Source: Albugo candida
Lineage: Eukaryota
Length of the DNA stretch: 64,000 bases
NCBI GenBank assembly: GCA_040437565.1
Contig: JBDOQK010000006.1
Span: 434,001 to 498,000, forward strand
Direction of reading: 5' to 3'
Positions 47,985-59,900 of this stretch are shown here, one piece after another. Position numbers and translations under genes: made by a program. Positions within the stretch are counted from its first letter, which is position 1. Every line of letters starts with the position of its first letter. Under the pieces are notes generated by a model. It did not search any database, was not told the DNA's origin, and worked only from the letters and a program-made list of their open reading frames with translations.

Positions 47985-50825
47985 ATGTCGCTCGTATTAG
48001 CTCAAAATGCGGAGGTATGTATGCTTTCTTCTCACAAAACTCTCACAGTGATAAATTTCTTTTTTTTTGCAATTTGTATCAGAATGCAATCCTCAGCTTC
48101 TATCAAAGCTCTGACGCACTCATTCAGCTCCAAAACCTTCAAAAATCCATGCAACAAGAGCTTCAAGCGCAGCAGCCAGCATTACTCGTTCCAAAGCTCA
48201 TCGAGTCAACACAAAATATTTTCGATATCGCAGTGCAACGAATCGTCGCGACGTTTTCGTGGAAATTGGTCAGTGGATCCTCAAAACTCGACACCGCCGG
48301 CATTACTGCGCTCTTGGACTTGTGCATCGATGGCGCAGTGGCCAATATCCTGTTCCAATTCGCTCCTTACAAGGTCCTGGAGGATGTCATGGAAAGTCAG
48401 CCAATTCAGACGTGTGAAGCGCTTTGGGACATTTTGGAAGTACGAAAAGCACGTCTTACAGCCTCTCCATTTTTCGATTCGTCTGGACGAACGACTAAAT
48501 CGTCTCTCACATTGCTACGGATGTGTAATGCACTGCTTCGAAGGCTTTCTAAGACACACAATACGGTGTTTTGTGGAAGAATTTTGGTTTTTCTGTCATT
48601 TACATTCACACTTAATGAACGCTCCGCCGTGAATTTACACAGCAAAGTACGTGGCTTTGATTGCCTCCCACTTGATACCGATGCAATTTTCTTCAGGCGA
48701 ACGTAGGGAATCTCACAACATTTGAAGATCGGATTACTTTTGAAGCAGCCGAAGCAGCTGAAAATACAAATCGGAACGAGTCAGATGACGCATTGTCAAA
48801 GGTATGTTCAACAGCGGTCTTACTGGCACTAATATGCAGATACTAGGAAGACTGTCAGGATGATGGGATGATGGAACCGATTGATTACAAATTGTATCAC
48901 ATTTTCTGGGATCTTCAGCGGTTTTTTCGGGAGTATTCATTGGCCTCAAGCAGTGTTTTGGACAAACAGACATTTGTAAGTACTTCCTTACGATACTTTA
49001 TCGGCATGTGGCGATAATCAGTTTATATCAGGTGGAAGAGCTCAATATGGTGCTTACTNNNNNNNNNNNNNNNNNNNNNNNNNNNNNNNNNNNNNNNNNN
49101 NNNNNNNNNNNNNNNNNNNNNNNNNNNNNNNNNNNNNNNNNNNNNNNNNNNNNNNNNNAAGACACACAATACGGTGTTTTGTGGAAGAATTTTGGTTTTT
49201 CTGTCATTTACATTCACACTTAATGAACGCTCCGCCGTGAATTTACACAGCAAAGTACGTGGCTTTGATTGCCTCCCACTTGATACCGATGCAATTTTCT
49301 TCAGGCGAACGTAGGGAATCTCACAACATTTGAAGATCGGATTACTTTTGAAGCAGCCGAAGCAGCTGAAAATACAAATCGGAACGAGTCAGATGACGCA
49401 TTGTCAAAGGTATGTTCAACAGCGGTCTTACTGGCACTAATATGCAGATACTAGGAAGACTGTCAGGATGATGGGATGATGGAACCGATTGATTACAAAT
49501 TGTATCACATTTTCTGGGATCTTCAGCGGTTTTTTCGGGAGTATTCATTGGCCTCAAGCAGTGTTTTGGACAAACAGACATTTGTAAGTACTTCCTTACG
49601 ATACTTTATCGGCATGTGGCGATAATCAGTTTATATCAGGTGGAAGAGCTCAATATGGTGCTTACTGCTTTCGAGGTCAATGCGTTCTCAGACGAGGATA
49701 TCACTCGATCGAGCGACCTCAATCGAAATGTATCCAAAACGACCGTCACTTCAGCATCCAAAATGTCAATTGACAAAATAATGCATGACGATGCTTCCAC
49801 CGATAAGCTCCAAGACCATTTTTTCCAGCCAAAATACTTGACCAATAGCCGACTTTTTCGACTCCAACTACGTGATCCCACGCTTCGAGAATGCGTACTG
49901 ACACAAGCGCTTATTCTATTGAATCATTTAATCCGTGCGAAATCGACAACGTCACAGAATTTCACACAAAAAAGCGAGATGGTCGAGGCATACGACCGCG
50001 TGATGAGGCTTCTTAGACGCACACCACCCGATGGTGCGGGCTATAGTGAGATGGTGGCCTCTGTCTTGGAAAGGGAGCGGAACTGGACAAAGTGGAAGGA
50101 AGAACGTTGTCCTTCCTATGAAAAGTACTCGGATTCTTCCGAAAAGCTTCTCGGGTCAAAAAAGCGACCAAACGAATCTGCTGCAGAACACTCTGTTGAG
50201 AGGAAGCGAGTCATCAAGAAGAAGAATGCAGCCGATACCAGTCTCATGGATCGAATTCTCGAAAGTGAAGCATCCCGTTCGTCCACATTGTTGGAAAGGA
50301 TCAAAGGAGAAGTGCGAGGTTGGTCTTTTGTCTCAGGTTGTGCTCTTGACTTGGGAATTCTTTGAATGAATAGCTACGAATATCCCTTTGCCCAAGCTCA
50401 TAGAAAGGTTCACAGAGGCGTGGGATCCAGCGAATGGTATCGATAAGGAGTATTGGCCTGATCAAGATGAGATATATTGTTGGCGAACACTTCGTCAGGG
50501 GATGAAGACGCACGTAATGTACCTGGACCATGCAATCGATGGCGCCGGCGCCGTCGTAAAAGCCATTTTGGGGATTGATACTCCAGCAGAATCGGCCAAG
50601 AATAAAGATACAATGACCGACGACGCAACGGTATTTGATGACAATCAAGAAAAAATAATCTCCGAGTCGCCAGAGAATGACAAGAAAATAACGGATTCCG
50701 CATGTTTGCAGAGCGGTAAGCCAAGTAGTTTGAAATCGCATACCTCCAAAGCATTTGGAACAAAGACAGCAAATACGAGAACCGGTGACGATGATTTGGA
50801 GGAAGGAGAAGAGATCGTGGCCTGA
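47985..50825 (+). CDS. THOC1: THO complex subunit 1 (Hpr1), multi-exon, with a gap-flanking duplication
   Basis: LLRMCNALLRRLSKTHNTVFCGRILVFLS...ERSAVN, FWDLQRFF, FQPKYLTNSRLFRLQLRDP, VLERERNWTKWKEERCP, DPANGIDKEY...WRTLR. Confidence 0.92.
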
Positions 50826-51041
50826 GAACGCTTGATTTACGGACCAGGAGAGGGTCCACTTTCATCGGAAGCCCAAGCAATGCTCTCACAAAGTACCATC
50901 TATTCCAAATCAAATCAAAAGCTATCGACAAGCTACACTACGCAGCCATTTGCATCATTTCCAAGTGTTCTAACGTATCCAATGTATCACGGTTCTGCCA
51001 TAAAATTCTATCATCCATGTATCCAACTGTCCAAATGAGAC

Positions 51042-53808
51042 TTATCGGATCATTTCCATCTCCAGGCTTCCAGGCTTTTTCCCATTCGAAATTACTTGCT
51101 GGAGCCAAATGCGAGTTTTGTATATCGCAAATAAATCGCGCACCAGTTCTCGAAAGTCGATACGTCTACGCCAACACATGTATCAGATCTATACACTGCT
51201 TCATTCAGCTTTTACGAACCTTTCCGCTTCAAAAAAGAATGTGAGTTTGTGTCTATCAAACTGATACTCCGCATCGATCACATTCATTGGAAGAAGACGT
51301 TGTCGGACTTTGCTTTTGCAAACTTCAAACACTTCACTTTCTTCGCGACGCTATCGAACAACAATGAGAGTGCGGGTATACGCCAACAATAGGTGGAGGA
51401 AAATACCTGTTCCAGCAATATTTCGATTTCACGTTGCGTCGCAAGACATAGTATCCGCTTTGTATATCCCTCGTGACGTACTGTTCCAAGCGCATCGTCT
51501 CTGCTCAGCACCAAGACGTCTTCTGTAGCGCCTCCCGGTTTCAAATCGCTGATTTGTCTGGCAATTCGACCGATATCTTCGCCTCGATCCGCTTCGACCT
51601 GACAGACGCACATTTGAGTGTCACAAAACGCGATTCCGTTGTCGCGCACGTACTTTGACATAGTCTCCAGGGTTTAAATTCCGAGCTCCAGAAAACAATT
51701 CTTGTCGACCACGCTTAAATTCGACTTCGTAGTGGGCTTCAGGAGGCGAATATGGTCGCGTGAAAGGTATCTGAGAACTTCGTGAGAAAGGTGGAGACGG
51801 AACGACTTCCGTGGAATTACGAGCCCAATCGTAATTATTGCCAGATGGTGTGATAATTGTGACATGAGGCTCCGTTGGAGGAGGAGGAGCCGGAAATATT
51901 CGCATCTCTGTTGGCTGATTCGACTGATAATACATCATGTTGATGTTAACAGCACCTCGAGGACCTCTGGCGACATTGTTTGGATGAATAGGTTGTGGAT
52001 TACGATTTGCCGGATGTGTCATCACTGGGTATCCTTCACCCGAGCATCGACGGTAAGATCCTTGCGGGCCGTACTGCGAAAAAAGTTGTGAGGTCAAATG
52101 CAAAGATTGTTGACTCCAGCATCTTTATACCTGTGAGTACGGAGAAGCAAGATGGAAAGGAACAGATGATTGACAAGTGTCCACTGATAAGCCATTCATA
52201 TCGGTAATGAGTTGATCGTGTTCCCTTCTTCCATGAAAATGAGCAGAATGTAAGGCATTCGATTGTGGTGCAGCTGGATGACCCATATGAGATGGTGGAG
52301 GAGGTGCGGTTGTACGCATCACTCCAGGTTTCATCGTAAAAAACCCATTTGTTGAATGTCGTGTTCGTAAGCCAAATTGCTTTGAATACCCCGCCCAACT
52401 CAGATCGCGTCCGTCCATTTCTAAATGAGCATTTGAATGATTTTGAGGAGCAGAGAACGAGAATGACTTCGCCCGAAGTCGGTGAAGTGGCTCTTGAGTT
52501 GGAGGAAGTGGTGGAAGTATACCGTCTGGTCGCGAGGTAAAATCGACCGAAGTTGCACGCAAATCTTTGCACCTACATTGAGACTCGATAAGCTACAGAT
52601 TACTGCAATCAGATTATGATAATTGTACCGATTACGAGACCGAACTTCAGCGCCGATTTCCACTTGATTCGTTGTTGTTTCTTGCAAACGACTACAATAA
52701 CGTGTAAGAAAGACGGCCTCGTAGTGATGTGAGTTACGTACTCGGAACCATGGGCATTTATCGCATCACTGGAAGCAACCCGAGAACATGCAGACTGAGG
52801 TGAATGGTGCAAATTCTCCCCTTGGAATTGCCATGTACTTGCATCATGACGCGTTCTCAAAACCGGGGACTTGACATACACGGAATCTAAGTTTTCTTCA
52901 TCATTTTGAGCCCCTGAAGCCAATTCATCGCTTCTCTTGTTTTGATTTTCTAATATCATGTACTCTCTCTCATCCTCGCCATTAGACATACTCTTCATCA
53001 AGGGAGCACACGAAATTGCAAGACCGACTTTATGAAGCTCATCCGAGCATAATCGTAATGATTCCGGTGGCTCATGAAGGCTTTCCTCACTACCTTGAAT
53101 TCCAGTATCCTTTTTCTTCGTCATTTGAGAACGTGCAGAGTCCATGTCGTGTTCTGCAAAACAAGAAGAAACGATATCGCGAAAACTTGCTGTTCGAGCT
53201 CGTGCCTTTTTCAGACTTTTATTCAAATGTGTCATATTCCCATGCAACATCGTCTGTGAATTCTGCATCTCATCTTCCGCACATCCGTTCTCCTTTTGAT
53301 TATCTGTACACGTTGCTGCTTTCATAAACCGATGTCCAAGCGGCCTCCAATGACTCGATTCAGGTGATCCCAATGAACAGGTGGAGAAAGAGTCTCCTGT
53401 TGAATACGATCGGAGTTTGTGAGATGATGCCGATTTGATTCTGGCTTTTGGGCGCTCCATAGCCGTCTTCCACGCTTCGCCCTCGCATTGTGACAGCGTC
53501 GCTTCTTCCTCTACCGGACTCGTACTAAGTGGTGGCGATGACGTTTGATACTGCGAGTCTTGTGTTTCGATTGCATCCAAACTTTGCTTTGGATTCTCTT
53601 CTTTGATCTGATTCATTGTCGTCTCAGCCAAAGCTGCCACACTCGACGATAGAAATTCAGACCATTCGTCTTCTGCACGTGTACTTGGTTGCTTGCTTTG
53701 CGTTGTCAATCCATCCAGTGATCGTGTCGGAGAGGGAGTTAACCCTTTGTATGTCGAAAACGACGAAGAAAATGTCGTGGAGGAAGAGGACGACGACGCG
53801 GAATACAT
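51042..53808 (-). CDS. PSP1 C-terminal domain protein with long low-complexity N terminus, multi-exon
   Basis: YEVEFKRGR...GDYVK/VEADRGEDIG...LLPMNVIDAEYQFDRHKLTFFFEAE/RIDFRELVRDLFAIYKTRIW; upstream S-rich and P-rich exons. Exon joins are inferred. Confidence 0.8.
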
Positions 53809-56800
53809 AGCGGCAAGTTCAGTACGCGTTGACGAGGTTTTCTAACTCCCTTTGTAGCAATAGTCCACGGAATCGAATTTTAGTGAGTATGGTACAATAT
53901 TTTTACGCTTCACAGTGATGATCTGAAATAAAGAAAAATAACGACAGAATGAAAATAAGAAAGCGACAATGCTTTTATGTGATGACACTATCGGAATGGA
54001 TTTGGTTGATGAAAGGTATGTGTGCTGCAGAGTATAATATGTCTTGTGGTTTACACCAAACGTTTTAGTTGCTGCGATAACAAGGAAGCGGTCTTGGATA
54101 TTTCAGTTTGTTTTTCTCTCTTTTCCATATGAAAAAAGAAAAGTACTAATTCGGAGTTTAAGTGAGTAATCAAGGTACTGAAGACCTAAACACCGTAACG
54201 AGCGTGTCGATTGGGGGATTAGGGTATTGCTAAATATCGAACGTATACCAGTTGGAATGTGACACGCTTTACGTTTTCAAGCTTCTGTTATAAGGAAGTA
54301 AAAGCTAGACTTTTATCTCCACAGTCATTGTACAAGACGACTTCAACATATGGTTGTACGCTATGGGTCATAGGTAGTCTACTTTTTGGAAGCTTGATTT
54401 TTATCAGAACCCGCGTCGGTAATTTTTTTGAATGTTCTAATTTGAAATCATGTTCTTGAAGTGGCGTCCTAAGGCGCTTTCGCAATTTATTCACTACAGA
54501 ACGCCATCGTTTTTGCATGCTTCCGACTTTTTGAATTATAAAACCACCGATCACCATCTCCCCACACCTCATCTAATGTATTAAATTCGATCGCTTATTT
54601 GGCCAGTCAAATATTCCCACTCACGCCTTTAAATTCGAAAGTTATAAATAACACGAATCTTCATTCGGATGAGAAATACGACCTCCACATCTTTCGTATT
54701 TACAACTCAAGGATGCACACTTCCGAGCGAAATGAAGTGCGCTGGATTTGATCTTGTAGGACTATAGTAGTGACCATTAGAGCCAATTCGAGTGCATGTC
54801 CTGTTCTATTATCAGCACGGATCAAAGGTTCCAAGCCGAGTACTTCATCTCACTCCAGCCATGAGTATCGCTTCTCTAACCGGTCAATAGATCTTTATGC
54901 TGTATGGCCCACCAGACGACTTCTGACAACAACGTACACGCTTTGACTCAACGTGCCCGCGGTCCTGTTATGCGGTTAGCTGATGATTTATTACTTCGCT
55001 ACAGAAGAAAGTAATAAATTAAAACGAGTAAGTTGACATCAGACTCACATTTCGGTATATTACGAGCAGCACTGGCTTGGCCACGTAAATGAATCCATCG
55101 CTCATGTAATATACTAGATTCTAATGAATCTATCAAAGTCGCATCGATTTTCACATCAATTACCGAACGATATTGTGTTCCGTTGTGTTGTAGGACCTGG
55201 CTACAGGGATCACTTTGGGATGAAGGACTCATAAGATCTAATTTCGTAGCTGTGTATTATCCTCGTGAAATATCTTTGATTACCTCGAAAACGCGTAGGA
55301 CTATAGCGCAAAGATAGAAAGATCTAAATGCACACTACTTTTTCATCTTTACCGACCGATAAAGTCGGCGTTTTCGATAAAGATTAGCTGAATTTATCAG
55401 TCATAAGTATCAAAAATACATTGTGCTGTATCTCTCAACCTGTTCACCTATTTGCAGCTAAACCCACCTTCCTTGAATTCGCAGAGAAGGAAATCTAAAA
55501 CTTTGCCTTTCTGATTAGCTTGACGAATAAATCGTGCTGTCAAGTTGTGCGAGTAATATAAGCTTAGCAATCTTTTTATAATATGATAGATTTGCATTCT
55601 GGGAGCAAGATGCCGATTTACGTCATCTATTTGTGCATTACTCAGTGAGACAGCGTGTTTTCAAGATAGTCGGATACTTGGAAACGATGCTCGACAAGAA
55701 TTCCATACTTGCTACAGTCTAGCCCGTTTAGAGGAAGTTTTATCTTAGAGTATGTGGAGCTCTACAGATATGTCTGTAAACAGCTGCGGCTGCCAGCATC
55801 TAATTAGCCCAAATCAACGAGTTCTGGACTATGCTTATGTAAAGGTGTCGTCTCACCGGATTCATCATATGATGGAATTACATAAAGAACCTATATTATG
55901 GTAGACATCCATTCAAACTCTGGCACCGAGGCGTTTTATATCACACTGGTTGCTTCATCAAACAACCGAGTCATTTGATATGACTATGACAGGAGATATT
56001 GTATCAATTAATATTCACCTCTACTAGCAGCAGCAACTTTTTCAACTTATTTCGCTTTTGTCGGAATGGTAGCTCGAAAGAACAATGCAGGTACAGAACG
56101 TGGTTTGGATTAATGCCAGAAAACACCAGCAGTTTTTTAATGCAGGCGGGAGGAGACGAGTGCTGTCGATAGAGGAAATTTAGAAACATGCTCTGTAACT
56201 CAAAAATCGCAATATGTTGTCAATTCAAGCGTTTATGATTCGATATTTTCAGATACACAAGAATAAGTTAAAACGAGCGACTTTGTATACATGGCGCTCT
56301 CAGTACATAGAATCTCTACCAGATGGATCCGATGGATAATGACAATGCGTGCTCTAACTGCGCTACTCAATTAATCAAGAGTTTGTAAAGCTGTGCGCTG
56401 TTCGAAAGCAATAGAAGAATGACGATGCTGCATAGATTAAGCAGGATCGAAGTCTACCTACTCTCATTCTTGATGCATTGCGCACCCTATTTGATTTAAC
56501 ATTTATTATGACCTCCATGCCGTCCACCGTGTTAAGAATTGCATGGCACGATATCACTTGGGCGCAGAGCTAAGCTTCCTAGGTGATACACCTACAACTC
56601 CAATGCGCAATTTCGCAGAATGCTGAGAAGGGCCTAATTCACGCAAGCCATCGTAGCTTCCCTTAAGCGAACAGCGCATCACATATTCATGTTCATTCGG
56701 ACATATGAGGGTCCTTTAAAATGATATTATACGGTAGAAAGATTATCTTCCATTTAGCNNNNNNNNNNNNNNNNNNNNNNNNNNNNNNNNNNNNNNNNNN

Positions 56801-56924
56801 NNNNNNNNNNNNNNNNNNNNNNNNNNNNNNNNNNNNNNNNNNNNNNNNNNNNNNNNNNTTTTGTATGAAGACTGATTTATGCGATACTTCGCTCGGTTGT
56901 GATGTTACTGGCAAGCTGACCATT

Positions 56925-59900
56925 TCAATGCAGTAATTCGGATGCAACACTGCCGAGCGCTTCGACACACTGAACGGTTGGAAAGTAATGCACCTTATCG
57001 ACTTTCATCTCCGCATAGCGAAGATCACCCGATGTGATTTTGTATATCTCCGATATGTGCCTCAGCGTCCTATCAGTGTTTTGTGTGCCATAATGATTAC
57101 TTTTGTGGATTTCAAACGCGACTTCGAAAACGTTGCTTTGCTTTCTTTCTGTGTCATCGTTTATAACCGTATGAGAGAAGTTTCTTGATCGTAGAATTCG
57201 ACGATAGATGATTTTTTCCGCTACCATTTCATCAAGTAACACCCGAAGATTTTGGAGGCTTACAATCTTTCGCATTGTGCGATGTAGCATGCGATCCGTT
57301 AGACCTGGGTTTGACAGCAGTGAATTACATATTCGCCGCTTCAACATGAGTGCTGTATCAACGTTGGTGTTTCCATCCAAAAGAAGCCATGGTTGTGACA
57401 AACAAAACGTGTTCTTCCATTTCAGATCCAAGTTTTGATGATCAAATTTTTTTTCTTGCGGTATGAGCCATATAGCTGCATGTTCCGCCAGTACATAACG
57501 AGATCCCTCATATGCACTCACATACCATACCATTTTCCGTGTGACTAATGTGTCGAGTACTCTTTGCAAACAGTCAATACCATCGATGCCATACTTTTCG
57601 AGAAACTTTTTTGAAACTTCAATTCTCAGTGAGTGCTGTAATTCGATATAAGATAATCCTTCTTCTTTCGACCGATCCAATTGTTGCAAAATCCACGATT
57701 CGATATCTCTATGAATGGGCAGTGTAATTCCTATCGGTTCACAAGGTCGTGCTGAGTCTTGATGGGTAGAGAATGCTTGCATCTGGGCTGTAGTCTCATC
57801 GACACAACTATCATCCGATAGAAATCGAGACGTGACACACCAGCTGTCCTGTAAAAAGTAATCAGATGATGCAATATTGAAATATTGTGATAAATGAGCT
57901 TCGAATCCTCTGACTTTTGTTCCCATATCATTTTGAGACAAAGGCTCGATGAAAAATATACTGAAATGCGATAAACCCATTGCCATGTACGAAAGCTCGA
58001 TGGCCATGTGGCTGTCCACCAAATTAGGCACTAATTCGTGCTCTTCAAGACACGATACATAATTCTGAGCCGAAGAAATGCCATTTCTTTTTAACTCACA
58101 TCCATCCACACCGGAGAGCAATTGGTTTCCTGCTTCAAAAGAGTTTTCTTTCTGAAAATTCGCATACTCAGTTGCTCCAAGAAAGAATTGTAGCGGATAA
58201 CACGATGAACAATGTTTCTTATTGAAAAACCTGATGCGAAAAGTGAAATTGCGTTGATGTTCGTACGTTTGATCTTTCCTAGTTTTGGGTACCCTGATCA
58301 CTCCAGCAAGCCATAAGTAACGCCAAACAAGTTGTGCTTCATCATCTTTCCAATTTGAAAGCAACATAGCAGCTAGGCTGGGCTCGTAGCTAGCCTCGTC
58401 GTGAAAAACGATCTGTAAAGCTCTGGAATGAAGTGCTGCTAGTCGCGGTTGTTGAATTATCTCCAGCTCTTCGTGAAAAATCTCGTTGGGATTCTTCAGT
58501 GCAGTGACGGATTTTTTTACGTTTTCGTATTGTGCCTTATTGTTGGGAAGCTCCATCAGCTCCTTTACACGCCGCTTACAAAGCAATTTCGGTTTTTCCA
58601 GCAATTGACCGATTGAATGCCATCCCAAAAGTGATCGCTTTAGCCTTGTATTACGAAACGCTGTTGGTTCGTCTTGAGCTTGTAACGCCACAGGGACGTC
58701 TATAAACCACTGATACGAAGCTCTTTCGATATAAAGCTCAAGAAGCTTTGCATCTAACTCAGGCTTCCAAAGCTCGATACTCTGACAATGAGGGCGATAT
58801 GGCATTCGTGAAAACCCTTCTTCATTTTGTTCCGCGCAAATACCATTCTCCTTTTGTCTAGTAGTTTTACTTTCCTTCTTTTCATTTGTTACGAGCTGAG
58901 AGACGTATTCCACATACGACAGACCAAGTCTCTTGTCTTTTCGAAACAAATTGACCTCTGTCGCGTTTTTTAAAGCTTCTTTCTTCAGTTTTCCGATATA
59001 TTTTGCATTCGAGTGTCGTTTCTTGTATAGCGCTTCAGTACCCTGTGCTGTGTCAGATCGGTCGGTCATATCAGCAGATTGTTCGAAGCTAGCACTCAGC
59101 GTGGTTGAAGCATCTGCTATCTGTGTTTTAACATTCTTTTGTGCATACTTCAAACCAGATGGTGTCCAAGATATTTTGCTATGTATGAGAGCCGTTGTCA
59201 GCGCCGCAGAACGAAGTACCTCATCCGTCTTATCAACAATCTGTTTTTCCAAACAATTAGAGTGCCCCCCTTTCAAAGAAAGCACCTCCAAGGACTTCCA
59301 GTACTTTTCAGCATCGTCGTAAGTCTTTAGGGTGTGATGTAGAGGTTCACGTCCTGGAATGCTTGTATAAACATCCACGCTTTCATGTGGTCGTGATGAG
59401 AGTATTGTATCGCCAGACTGTAAGGTGATTCGAAGACATTGCCGTATTCGGAAGAATCCACCTGAAAGTGTTGCTAAAGCGACTTGGGATATCGCTTCAT
59501 CGAATTGATCGGAACTGCTCTGTAAAGCTAAAAGATAGTCGCTTGGAGAACCTTTTACTTGTTCAACCAGATTCAATTCCTCCAGTACGACCAATAGTTT
59601 ATATAGTCGATCAATTTCTCCATTTCGAATCTTTTGAGCAGCTGTATGATCTAGTTTATTCCAAGAATCATCAGAGGAAATAAGTGATCGCACTTGAGTC
59701 TCTTCTTGATCTGTTAGCAAGTTGCTGACTCCTAACAACATGATAAACTCCTTCAAGGATAAAGTATCGAGTACGTTCTGAGGCGAGTAGAGTTGTTCTG
59801 CATGAAAATCTGACTTTGTTATCGTTTCTGCTATCTGTTCACCTGCACATGTGGCCTTGTCGATCTTTGTTGCTGTGATCTCAGTATTCTTCAATTGATC

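Noticed and set aside
48551-49666. Internal exon duplication in THOC1
   Set aside because: An apparently exact 508-bp repeat either side of an N gap; assembly artefact.
53915-54030. C-box-like GTGATGA motifs suggesting a snoRNA
   Set aside because: No properly spaced D box with a terminal stem or a recognisable guide.
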